Assembly: GCA_000934665.2 (NCBI GenBank)
Contig: JYFJ02001407.1
Coordinates: forward strand, 1-64,000
Direction: 5' to 3'
DNA: 64,000 nucleotides
Source of the DNA: Catajapyx aquilonaris
Taxonomy: Eukaryota
In this document: piece after piece, positions 27,701 to 38,943 of the stretch
How positions within the stretch are numbered: position 1 is the first letter of the stretch
Layout: every line of letters begins with the position of its first letter
The notes under the pieces: model-generated
What the model was told of the DNA's origin: nothing
The model's database searches: none
Seen by the model: only the letters and a program-made list of their open reading frames with translations
Program-made: the position numbers and the translations under genes

Positions 27701-30700
27701 TTATTGTATACTTATTTCGCCACAAAACATGAGGCAGTCGTCTTATTTTAAGCTCATTCATCACCCACCTCAACCCAAACAAAACACCTTGGCCCGATAT
27801 GAAGCCCTTGACATCATTCGGTGTTACCATGTAAAGTACGATGGCAGGTGTAATATCAGGGAAATTAGTATTTACATCACATGGAAATCCGACTATCTTT
27901 GAGCGTTTTATTTGCCCCCAAGATATATAATTTGGACTGGGAGGGGGGGGGGGGTAGTAATATGCCTTATGGTTTGTCCTACATTACTTTGGTTTGCGTT
28001 AAAGTTACAACAGTTTAAAAAATAATCAGAACCAAATGCGAAGCAGTTATATAGTCATGGACTCATTTGTGGGACCCCGCACTTAATTTGTAAAATTTGG
28101 GCCACTTTTAAAATTAAGTAAGTTATTGAAAACAACTCTAGTGTACCCTGCAATCCTGCACGATGAAGCATTTTTTTCTGATGCTATATGGTTCAACCTA
28201 ATCATTGGTCTGGTGCAGGTGTGGAATAAATTACACTTCGGAAATTGACAATATTATCCAATAATTTTATATATGCTAGGAGCTAAGGCTTCAGACTACA
28301 AAGGACAATGGTCACTCATTAGTTTTGAATCGCAATACACACTGGCTCACCCTAACATTGCAACTCTCGAATTTCCCTTCACACCATGCCATCTCTGTTT
28401 TTTTTTAAAGAAAAAAAGAAAAAGAAAACACCGCACTTAATCTTGATCGTGCTGGCGATACCGTGGGATTGCAGTGGCGGGGGAGTACTACGAAATGATA
28501 ACAGATTTCACAGGTTGAAAGCAATCATTTTCATCGGTGAATGATGGTCCCACCCAGCAATCTCAGCTTCAGATCTGGCGTAATTCGACTGTGTGTGTGT
28601 GGGGGCCCATTAGTCACACTGGTGGATAAACTCAACGGCACCTGTCGTGCGAGGTAAATCCTTGGCAGGTGGTACCTGTGAGGCTCGGGTCCATCTCGCG
28701 TGCACCCCCTCACCTTTTCTTAAAGAGACGATTGCGAAAAATGGCAAGAATGACTGGCAAATCCTACAGTCGCATGAGCACCAATTTGTGTGAATTACTC
28801 TGTTGCGCCGACTTCAACACCAGGAAGTCTCAATTAGAGGAACGTGACTTGGATTTCCGGTTATCAGTGCGGTTAGAATCATTATTGGGGAGGGCGTACT
28901 GTATGTTTACGCATAGCCGTACATAGCATCAGATTAGCTTATTTGCCCTTGTAATTGCGACCATGCTTGTCATCAAGGTTAGTTGGCTCCTGAATTGGTG
29001 GTGTTACGCAACATTTTCCGTACACAGCAATGGAAGGTCAGTTTATCTCGATTTCCTTGTGTATAAGGAAATTGAGGCAAGCTTCTGGCTTACCAGGATA
29101 GTCTTTGAGCTGGTCCAAATATATGGCAGTGACATCCTCCGTCTTCTTGACGTCCACAGTCATGGTTGAATTGGTGCATTGCACTTTGTAGACAACTGCA
29201 AGGATAAAGAGAAGGGTACATGTGATAATTGGCATATAGGTGTGAGTCGGCAGATAGGGGCGGGGGTGACCTGAGAGCAAAAAGGAACAAAGTGCCAAGG
29301 AAGGGAATTTGCGTTGCGACCGTTACTGCTATTGTGGTTCTTCCTGGTGACTTTGGACTACATTACTGAATTATAGGGCCGTGTAACTTCCTCATGGGTG
29401 GGGAGGGGCAGAGGGCGTGGCAGGATCAGCTAGCATAGCGCGCACACTAAATGAAACATGGATCAGGTAGTCACCTATGAGGTGTCATGGCTGCACACAC
29501 TAGAATGACGACAGAGGGATAATTTTAGGAGAGAGGGTGAGGCTGGCAAGGCCGTCATCAATAGGTGTTTACGTCAGATGCTCACGGCAAATAACGTCAG
29601 GTGTAAATAAATAGGCGTAGGAGTCGAGTGTGGGAATGGGGCAAATTATTGCGGGACAAACTCTCCGTTTCTGCTCTCATTGTTTCTTTTTCCTTCACCA
29701 CAAGTATCGGTAATTGTAGAGAAGCACACCATCGACCCCTGGGGCTGCGGTTTGACCCTCACTGCCAAACATCGAAGTGGGCCACAGCTGCTGAGAAGCC
29801 AACTGTTCAGTCTCGAGCTGTCTGGGCAAGGTCAGGCCAAACCCTCAGTCGGAAGGCCACTGGACAAACCCCAGCCAAATGACCTCTTGCATACTTTCTG
29901 AAGAACCGTACGCCTTGTCGGCATTGATTGGACCATTGGTTTCTACCGTACCGTGTTTTCCCGTGGCCTCAGTCGGATGCAGCACGTCTTGCAGTTTATT
30001 ACACTGCTGTCATGGGGCCCTGAAGAGGACACAATGAATCAGGAGTGGGCAAGGCTTAGGTCACGTCTTTTGCACCGGGTGCTTCGGAAGTGGGGATACT
30101 GATTGCCTACAAGAAACAATGGATGGGAAGGTCACTCAGCTATGGATAAACTCCCAGAATGGAGTTGGTTGGACAAAAAAAAATGCGTGAAGTGAAGAAG
30201 ATCCCTGCGGAAGGCGACATTTGCCGCCGAGTGAAAACCAGTCGGGATGAAACAGGTAGTTTGCAGTTCCTGAATTCCACACTCCGAATATTTACCGTTC
30301 TGCACATGTGCAACCTGCCTCCAGACCAAGGTGAATTATAATTCAGAAAAAGAAAGGACCTAAAGTGGGACAGCTTTTGTAACCCGGCGTCATCTTACGT
30401 GAAAGGTAACTGCTGGCCACGCGATCCAAATCAGCCAATGGCCGACACCATGATTTATTTGGATCACGCGACCAACAGTATAGCAATCAGTACTCGAGAA
30501 AGGTGTTTATTCCTTCTTTCACCTTTGTTGCTATACAGCCTCAGGATACCATAGGACGACACTTTGGCAGAATAGGATGTTTCCTTATGACGTGGTGCAC
30601 ATTTTACTTTCTAAGCAAATCTACAGTCACTCCAGATTGTCTCGTAGGGGAAATGGAAGAGCTAAACTGCAATTCTGGTACTGAGCTGAGAAATCCCCTT

Positions 30701-33700
30701 TTAATGGGCTATTGTTGCAAGAGGGGTTCCTTTCCCTGCCCACACACAACCTGCTGGACTGGTAGTCCTTTATGAGAAACTGCGAAGTGCGTTGCAGTAA
30801 TAGCTCCGATTATTAACACGGGAAGAACAGTGAAGGGTATGATTACGCAAAGGGATAAGAGAATGGAAGTTGCTCCTGGAGAAAAAAAGAGTAATTTAAA
30901 GGACTTGTGCCCGCTTTCCTGTTGATCCGTCAATTGTTTCCGAAGAGCTCGAAAACAATGCTGCTATTATTCAACCCCTGAGGAGGAGTTAAAGGCAGAG
31001 AAACTAAAGAGCCCAGCTTGAAACCGCAAAAGGCCAGCATTTGTGATATTTGGGAGCTGAATCTGGTCAGACTTGAACAACCGATGAAGAAACAGGTTGC
31101 AGTAGAAGCAACTCGTTTTCTGGCCTCGTGCCATCGACTCATGGACAGCCTAAATTCACAGCCAATTCGGTTGCAGACTCCGTTGCAACAATACAGTAAA
31201 CTATCGTTTTTTGGCATCATTTGACTACACGCATATGGTGCCGCTAGGGTGACTATATCTCCTGACGTCTTCTGGATTTTTTGGTATGCTGGTGTGTGCC
31301 CTGCTTGGGAAAGAAACGTCCCACGCAATAGGGCGGGGCTCGTGGGTCACCGCTCGCCCTTCGTCATGAATACCTCCCACTTTGTCGCCATCTACGCAGA
31401 ACGTGACTCCCAAAAAAGGATATCCTCTCGTGATGACTCTGTGCACTGGTCAGGGTACGCCAAATTGGATAAATAAATCAAGGGTTGGCAATAAGAATTC
31501 GACAGGTTACACGAAAGCCGTTTGGTCCAGCAAAATGCATGCAGTATTCTCATATAAGCTGTGCACTCCAAGACAATGCCAGCATTGTCTTCTGCATGTC
31601 ACTCACCCTTATGGCGGACCTGATGAATAAGTATGGACTGGGGCAAGGGGTTAACGCCTTAACCACTTCGGTACGCCGGTGTAAAGTACACCTGATGCCA
31701 TGGTACTCCCAGGTACCTTACTCTTTGGTACTCCTTGGTACTCCAGTGTACACTTTACAGTCGAAAGGTTAACCCCTTGGCCTGGGGTTCCTTTCGGAAT
31801 ATTATGTGGCTCTCCAGCTATTTGGATGGCAGTGTTGGCCCACTTGCATATGGGACATGTCCGGTTTGTAATTTTTCGCTACCTATTCATAATCTATGCG
31901 CGTACTGTACGTTGACTAGCTTACTTGAATACGAATGAACCTTGTTAAATCTTGTGTGGAACTTGCTGATTGAGAAACCAGCATTGGCGTTGTTCGTATT
32001 CCAATTAGTCAGACGTTATTACTTGTACACTCTGTAGAAGCCAAAGATAATCATGAGAAGTGAATGTGGTCCTGGTTGTTGCTGCCAAAGGGTTCCATTT
32101 AAACTGGTTTCTGGGGTCACATGTCCATAACTTATTCACCTCTTGAACAGGGTAGTTTGACAGTGCTACACTCTGTATAGTTCATGCAGCCAAAGTGTTT
32201 CCTTCCATTGTTGTACATAGTGACATCAGCACCATTCCCCAAATACTTTCAGAGACATTCACATGCAAGGTTGCTCTCTGGCAAGGTCGTTTCAGATCAC
32301 ATTGACAAAGAAATGTTCCACTTTGGCAACTCAGCCATACATATCCCAGATTGCCATCGTATTATGACAAACGTCCTCATCAATTTTCCGCCAAAACACC
32401 GGCGCAATACAACCAGACCATATTTAATCTTCACCATCATAATTTGGCATCATCATTGCCACCTAATGACCTATCACAAGTCATTATCTACTCGGCTGTC
32501 CATTATAATAGCACTCCTGCATGACTGCACCGTCTGTGCCACAACTGCCCTCCATTGGATGCCTGCCAATGCTTAGAGCTCAGATCTCAACCAGACAACA
32601 GTTTTTGCCCAAGAAAATGATCAGACACGTTCCAGAGTAATAGCACCCCACCCAGAATACAAGGGCACGCAGAACCGGCACTGGAATAATATCTCTTGCA
32701 ACTGTTCCTTCACACACGAGTTAGGCCTAGCCGGTTGGTCAAACGGCCACCACCAAAAAAATACCCTGAAAACTAGGGTATAATTAGCCAACCATTCTTT
32801 CTGTAGCGGTACACCTTTCTGTCGAGTGATAGTTGCTGTCCTGATGACCCGAAGACAAGGCGGAAGGAATCGGGGGTGCGGTGAATTGGTAAAACGGAGC
32901 GTGACTCTGCTACCTAGAATAACAGACGACGATACGGAGTTTAGTGAGGCGTGAGGGCCCGTGGCAACCATCAAAGGGAATGCCCAGTTCACCGGTATCG
33001 CGCAAAATGGGTCTTTCCGCCACACTTGCTCGCAAATTGGACATCCTCCGTTCAGAGACTTCGGAGGAATCTGACCGTCCTTCACGCCAGTTTTTACCTG
33101 GACGTTCGTAACTAATCAGAAAGAAATGGGGCCACGGGTTGGAGGGGTGTAACATACACACACAAAAAAATAAAGGTAAAACTCGGTCGGAATGTTTGGC
33201 GGCATGACTAACAATTCGTACTGCTTCAATTACGTGCCGCCATGCTGGAAAATGTCACGATCTTTTCTCACACTTGGAAGTGGAGGGATGTGCAGAAATG
33301 CCAGACGAAGGTGCTGCAGAAACGGGCCCACGCACTCACTTTCTCCTATGAGCCCACACTACGCCTACGAGCATAAACTGGCGTAGGAGTAGCTTGTTTT
33401 TACAGTCTCAAAACCTGTGCGACGTAATGCACAACCATCTTTGACCTCACTGGTCACGGTGGTTACACTTAACGTTTTCAAATTGATAGTTGAACTTGGG
33501 TTTTTTGAGGACAGCGGCCACTTTTGTTGGGTCGATACGGTACAACGGTAGTTTACCTTTCTATGTAGTAAACAGGGTAAAAAAAAGAGGCGTTGCTTTA
33601 CCCTGTCCACAGAATGTAACTGGGTCGCATTATTTCAAATGAAGGGGAAATACATGTTTAAATAATTGTACAGTTGACTCCGGATATAAAAACTCGGCTA

Positions 33701-36377
33701 TAACATACCAATTTCAGCGGTCTATTGAAGTCTGTTATATCCATAGCCTACTGTATAGTACCAGTACAAAATTTGCATTTTTTGCATAGTAAAGTGAACG
33801 TAATACTGTAGTTTAATGTACTGTTCACAACTTTACAAGCTTATCTGTACAGAATGAGGAGCCTCTAAAGCTTTCTTCTGTCTGTGTGAACAGATCACAA
33901 CAGAAGGTCTGGTCTGACTGCTTTTGATCACGCCACCAAGAGTTTGCAAAACATCAAGAGAGTATTTTACATTGGCGGGACAAATATTATGGATGGGTGG
34001 GAATGAAAGAATGACTCGTGGAAAAAGAACGAGTTGTAAAATTCGGGGATAGAGGTCGGTGGCCATGCAACCACGAACATGAATCATTGAGTCATTACAC
34101 GCACGAAACTGGACGTTCACTTTAACCTGCATGCTGTACTATTCCATTTTGCAAATTGTATAATGGCCATTATTTTTCGCGGGAAAAGGCCTACCTTTTT
34201 GGGATAATGGGCACCTTTATTACTCCCGCTAATCTGATGTCATCTCCAGAATTTCATTATATGTGAAACAATATCGTACAGTACCCTGTTGAGTAATTTT
34301 CTTATCTCGGCATGCTGCCTGAACATTATTTACTACAGTTTTGAGGAATATCGCAGACCATTTTTAATGGCCCGCACATGTGCCGCAAAGTTTTTAGAGA
34401 ATATACACCGGTATACTGCAAAAAAAATACAGTGTGACCTTACGGTCCAACTAACCTAATTACTATCTGATGTTGTGTTTGCACCGCTCGGTATTCCCTC
34501 AATATTATTTACAAACAAAGAGTTTGCATTTAACTGTTGCAGTGACCACCTCTTTCGCCTAATATTGCGGGGAGTTATTATGCCGCTAGAATACCGTATG
34601 TTATTCACGACCAGTTTTAGACCATATTTATTCTTTGATTTATAAGGCAGCAGCAAAACATTCGGTAGTAGCCCGCAGAGTATACACGGTAATAAATCAT
34701 GCGGCCACATCCAAGAAAGGCAACCTCTAGAAAGGCCAAGGTAGCAGATAGTGTCATCCTGACCTTTTAAGCCATCCCACAGAAAATAATTTGCAAAAAT
34801 ATCCGTCTCCCTAGCAAGTGCATAAAAGGAAGTACCGATGACGCGCGACCTTCCTACGTTCAAGTCGATTACCTCAAGTTTCGTCATCGAGTTTCCCCGG
34901 TTCGGTTGGGGGGGGGGGGGGGGGAAGTTTNGAAGTCTGACCCCGTATGACTCTGCAAGTTCATCAAAGTCGAGGACCCCCACCAGTATTGCCATAAAAA
35001 GTTTCCTAAAAACAAACGTGAATGGCTATTTTTTTCCACCATCCGGATGATGGCGCGCGAGTTGGAAAATGGAACAGGTAGGAGACCTATAAGCACTTAA
35101 TGAGGGCCTATTGTAAAAGGTGGGAATAAAAGGGGGAGGGATCCACCCACACGGGCAAGAGGTCATCGTTTGGCCACGAACTCTCAAGGCCGCCTTCTTG
35201 TCCCTTGCAACTAGATGATGGGAGCATGTCTCCCTAGGAGGGCCATTTCCATGAGGAATGGGGCCCATGTCTTCGGAGGCGGAAAGTTCCCCTTTTCTGT
35301 CCTTTGTTGCCACGGAAAGAAAAGGGCGCCATTTGTATTCTTTTATGGGCTGAGAGTGTCAGAATGTTTCTGTTTATAGTCCATCCCGTCTGAAGAATCC
35401 GTGTACTGTACGGGCCTGGTTATCATGCAAAATGCATTATCGGCTAGACGATCCCGGAAGAAGCAACCGAATTTAATAACCTGCCGGTCGTTGAGCGATC
35501 GTGCAAGTAGAACATGAAGAGGGCCGCGTAAAAAGCTATACTTGATGTGTGTAGAATGTAAATGTTCCCAGGGAAACGGGTTGGAAAAGGTCATCATTTT
35601 CCACCCCCTTTTGGAAGGGCACCGAGTAGAGGGCTACCCGCCATCACGCGAAAGCAATGAAAGGCGCTCATGTCCAGAGACCTCAGCATCCTCCTGATGG
35701 GAATCAATGACACTGAATTACCCACTACTTTTGATTATGAACATTAGCCAGAAACGTGGCTGGACAAACCGGTCCGCAATGATGTGCACTGCTCCTTCTG
35801 GAAAATTGCAACCGACAAACCCTCCCCACTGACCAGCACCCCCCCCCCCCATTTTTTTTTTGTTTCTTCCTCATGCATGGAGCCCACCGAAGTAGCTAAG
35901 TGTGGAAAAGGAATCATCTCTGGTGATGTACCACATAATATATTTGTCATCTCGGACTTTTGTAATACCGACACAGGTGCAAAACAGCGCAACGGGACTT
36001 TTCTTATATTCTTCGCCTGGGTAAACCTTTCTAGGAAAGACTTGGCCTTCCGCAGGAAGCGGGTGCTGTGTGTGCACTGGGTGACGTGACTCTGAATGGA
36101 GATGGTGGTGAAGATGGAATGGAGGATGGGTAGGCAGGTTATAGAATACTGTGGATGACCCTGACCGAATTGTACTTTCGATGGATCTGGATATGTTGCC
36201 CGAAGGACAGCCTCTCACTTTCACCTGTGATTTCAGCAGGCAACAGCCGATAAGTGAAAGTGGAACAATTTACGTCATATGCTAGTTCCGGTCAGATATT
36301 AGGAGCTCACCTTTAGAGTGGACCGTCGCAAAGGCGAAGAGGACCAGAAGCAACACCACCTGTAGCATCGATGCCAT
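12728..36377 (-). CDS. Zona pellucida (ZP)-domain / cuticlin-like apical extracellular matrix protein, ~380 aa, 8 coding exons
   Basis: Exons 36377-36311, 29195-29094, 21123-21020, 20958-20816, 19381-19151, 17581-17434, 13136-12992, 12930-12728, all GT-AG and phase-compatible (1143 nt). Signal peptide MASMLQVVLLLVLFAFATVHS, ZP-N cysteines (VQC, AAC, FRCG, VKC), ZP-C motifs NGCSMDP and FRAFKFPESNYVLFSGTVNVCLDKC, furin site RRRR, hydrophobic C-terminus. Confidence 0.93.
13752..15116. mobile_element. piggyBac-like fold-back MITE interrupted near its right end by a second element
   Basis: ttaa|ccccttcgctaccagct ... agctggtagctaaggtg|ttaa; long imperfect arms ~13752-14060 and ~14140-14430 (e.g. 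tgaatatctgccttgagaac / gttctcaaggcagatattca). Confidence 0.8.
14433..15096. mobile_element. TA-flanked (Tc1/pogo-type) fold-back MITE; same family as 48565-48907
   Basis: ta|caatgctggtcacattagc ... gctaatgtgattagcactg|ta; inverted arms of >200 bp (explains the mirrored MLEASQGK ORFs). Confidence 0.88.
15632..16352 (+). mobile_element. Internally deleted Tc1/mariner-superfamily (maT/DD37D-like) transposon with transposase C-terminal relic (15945-16190)
   Basis: Relic RWIGRG...WAPRSPDLTPSDFFLWGYVKGKVF...LQERIRSAIESITPDMLGRVWEE; TIRs atgaatcacctggtttc / gaaaccaggtgattcat. Confidence 0.88.
17650..17842 (-). mobile_element. tRNA-derived SINE (or tRNA pseudogene) in a ZP intron
   Basis: Minus strand A box TAGCTCAGTGGTAGAGC and B box GGTTCGATTCCC; no proper anticodon or acceptor stems; A-rich 3' end. 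Confidence 0.65.
18490..18857 (+). mobile_element. Possible Helentron-associated (DINE/HINE-like) non-autonomous element
   Basis: T-rich start followed by gcgagcgaagcg motif; ends ...ttttttctggttt. Pattern resemblance only. Confidence 0.3.
21891..22146. mobile_element. Small MITE-like element
   Basis: 17-bp inverted repeat taattgaagacctcggg / cccgaggtcttcaatta. Confidence 0.5.
22183..22248. repeat. 16-bp minisatellite (ctactgtagtacttct) x ~4
   Basis: Perfect tandem copies read directly. Confidence 0.92.
23418..23564. mobile_element. PIF/Harbinger (Tourist)-like MITE
   Basis: taa|gggccgttttctcgaacagtggttcaa ... ttgaaccactgttcgagaaaacggccc|taa; perfect TIR and TAA duplication. Confidence 0.9.
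24122..24747. mobile_element. Long fold-back element (~290-bp inverted arms)
   Basis: gtaggaatcagaacatgatgaacttcaaaa ... ttttgaagttcatcatgttctgattcctac; arms stay similar to ~24400 / ~24470. Confidence 0.85.
25433..25686. mobile_element. MITE with GAG termini (Sola-like)
   Basis: aatt|gaggctttgacacggaaaagggcataagtcaca ... tgtgacttacgcccatttccatgtcaacgcctc|aata; superfamily call is tentative. Confidence 0.6.
26119..26277. mobile_element. PIF/Harbinger-like MITE
   Basis: tttacatgtgagcgatttgacgagc / gctcgtcaaatcgctcacatgtaaa inverted arms; TAA/TTA flanks. Confidence 0.75.
31663..31768. mobile_element. piggyBac-like mini-MITE
   Basis: ttaa|ccacttcgg...tgtaaagtacac / gtgtacactttacagtcgaaagg|ttaa; flanked by outward-facing caaggggttaa and ttaaccccttg. 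Confidence 0.5.
33671..33753. mobile_element. pogo-like mini-MITE
   Basis: ta|cagttgactccggatataa ... ttatatccatagcctactg|ta. Confidence 0.55.
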
Positions 36378-38943
36378 ATTGCCAGTCAGCGATGTTCTTC
36401 CGGCCTCACACCATGGGCTCGAAGCCCCCAAACGGAAGGCAATGTTAGCTGCTACAAGTTTCGCCGAAGAGTGGCCCACACTTTTGGATCCAATTGAACA
36501 GTCCTATGCTGGAGCTCAACTCAGCACGGCACACTCGCCATCTTGCCACTGCACTACTGCATGCTCGCCCAGCCAGCCAGCCAAGTCAGCCCACCACCGC
36601 TTCTGGCTACCAAACCAAATCTCCAGGCTGTGAAATAAAGCCATGTCCGTGAACAAAAACCGCACCGTTATGGGGGTTCGCACGCGTCCTCTGCGGGGGG
36701 AGGTACGCGTACATCAGTGGTATCCTGCATGTAAAGTTTCGGGGGTTTTCACCCAAAAAAAAGTGCTACTTGAAGGTTGCATGCTGGGTACTTATATTTA
36801 TTCCCTTGTTTTTGTACTTACGGGCGCATTTACAAGTCATGCTAGTAATTTGAGCGTGGGTTGTAGCTATTTATGGGATTGTAGTTTTTTGTGTGCTCGG
36901 TGAAGCACTCAAAACTCTGAAATTTAGGATGGACTGGTGCCGTGTGAATAATTTAGATTAATTAAATTCTAAATAATTTTATTCCCACTGTCACAAAGAT
37001 GCATGTACAGTATTCAAGGCAGCTTCAGCATGTTCGCATTTTTGATTAATCATTTTTTAAATATATAGTTATAAATTATTATTTAATTTAATACCTGCAA
37101 AACGTTATCTACAATGCGTTTCATCATTGTGACAAATTTGGGGACAGGTTAAAATCATGCGTAAAATTGCGTTTTGTCGTAGTTCTTAGCCTGCTTAGGT
37201 GAAAGGTAAGGTCCACGACATTCTACTCCCATATCGGGGCCATGGTGCTGCACTTTCTTTTTTTGATTCCCGGGCTCTGCGTGGTTTCAGCTTCACCTTG
37301 GTGGGGATCATTTACAATTTGTACTGGTCAGTAACACACCGACATTTCATCTCACCGGCCTGCACTTTTCTGAGTTTTTTGTTAAAATAATGAACAGTTT
37401 TTGGAATAGTTACGGCACGCTTCCTTAACCTTCAATGACTTGAGCTGAGCAGTAATTTTTACAGTAATACACCGGTTTTTGGGAAGCTCCTCGTTTATTT
37501 TGGCGTTAAAGTCTCCGCCTTTTGTTTATGGCGGAAAGCCCCCAAAAATGTGTCCTACGAAACACCTGGAGCAGAAATTGGCTTCGTATGGAATCACAAT
37601 GAATCAGACTAAAAACTCTGTCTGGAACCGATAGCTCCAAGAGGCCGCAACAAGCAGACAGTTATCAAATTATGAGGAGTTAATTGCCGGAATAGTCGGA
37701 GGTCGTAGCTTCCTCTCTTGGCTTATTGGACGTGAGGGCAGGCTAATAAGAGACCTGGTGTCCTTGCATGTTCCGTTTGTTCGGCCTAAAGCCTCTCTCA
37801 AACCAGTTTGCATTATTTCATCCGAAGTATTACATGAGTGAATCAAACTGCGTCTCATTCCGAATGCAAAGGATGGTGCCGAGGTGTTACGGAGTTTAAT
37901 CTGAGCCTGGCTATATTACTGCCGTGAGGAATCGGCAATGTTTCCTTTCGGCGGATTACTAATCCGTTTCTTCACCCTGTCCATTTACCCTCATCGTTTT
38001 GTAGGTCAATAGGAACTGGACTGTTATGTGTGGGGTAATTCCTTGTTGAACTGGCGATAAATTCAGGTGCATACTATCATTAAAGGTCTGGATTTTTTTT
38101 CCTAATTGTTTCACCGTTTGAACTCTTTGCCCAACTGTATAATAAGGGGAATTTGCCATTTTCATTGGTAAGGTCTTTTGTTACAAGTGAATGACCCAAT
38201 AGAACAAGGCTCGAAATCCAGCAGAGTGTAAAAATGGTATTAAGAATAAGTATAACATTTAAAAAAATTGCAGTTACTTACACAATATACAAGATGTCCC
38301 AACAGTAAGTGATTATGATACCAAATCTGTGAACATTAAGTCCAAATAAATTACACTGGACTTCGGCCCTTTTTCTATTGTGTCCTGCATTTGATAGCCC
38401 AAATTGACGGAAATTATGACGAAAATTAATCTAGTAATTTAATGGCAAGGTATTTCAGTGCTCTGTTTCTGCTAATAAATAAATGAATAAATGAAAGTCA
38501 GGAAATACTGCTCTGAATACCCAGACGATGAGTATAGTGCATGGCGGGGTTGTGCAAGAGACTGTAAAATAGTATGACTGTATGGCTGTACGTTTAGATA
38601 TTCAGAGCAAGAGTTCCTGACAGCTTTTTATCTGGCAGGATTTGAGCTACCAGCAGCAGATGCATAAGTGGAGAGAGTTCAAATTTATTTAAATGTAAGT
38701 TAACATACAGTCAGAAACAAAAAATAAAAATTGCAATCCTATAATGAACGGGATGGTGTTGACAAAAACATGTTGGATTTAGCTAAATAAAAATAACTAA
38801 TTACAGCATAATATATTACTCTCTCAACATAATACAGGTAAAGGTCGAGTACACTTTATTGCAGTTGCTGTAAAAATGACGAGCACTCTTGCATCACAGG
38901 ATTGGGACGTGCGATAGGCATTAATTTACATTTGAGGACAGTG

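Noticed and set aside
32050..32600. Possible decayed coding relic on the minus strand (ankyrin-like NGADV)
   Set aside because: Stops in all frames and only one short motif; needs a translated homology search.
29300..36300. Many 60-180-aa ORFs in ZP intron 1 suggesting a retroelement or nested gene
   Set aside because: No gag, RT, integrase or other domain motifs, no LTR pair and no consistent exon chain.
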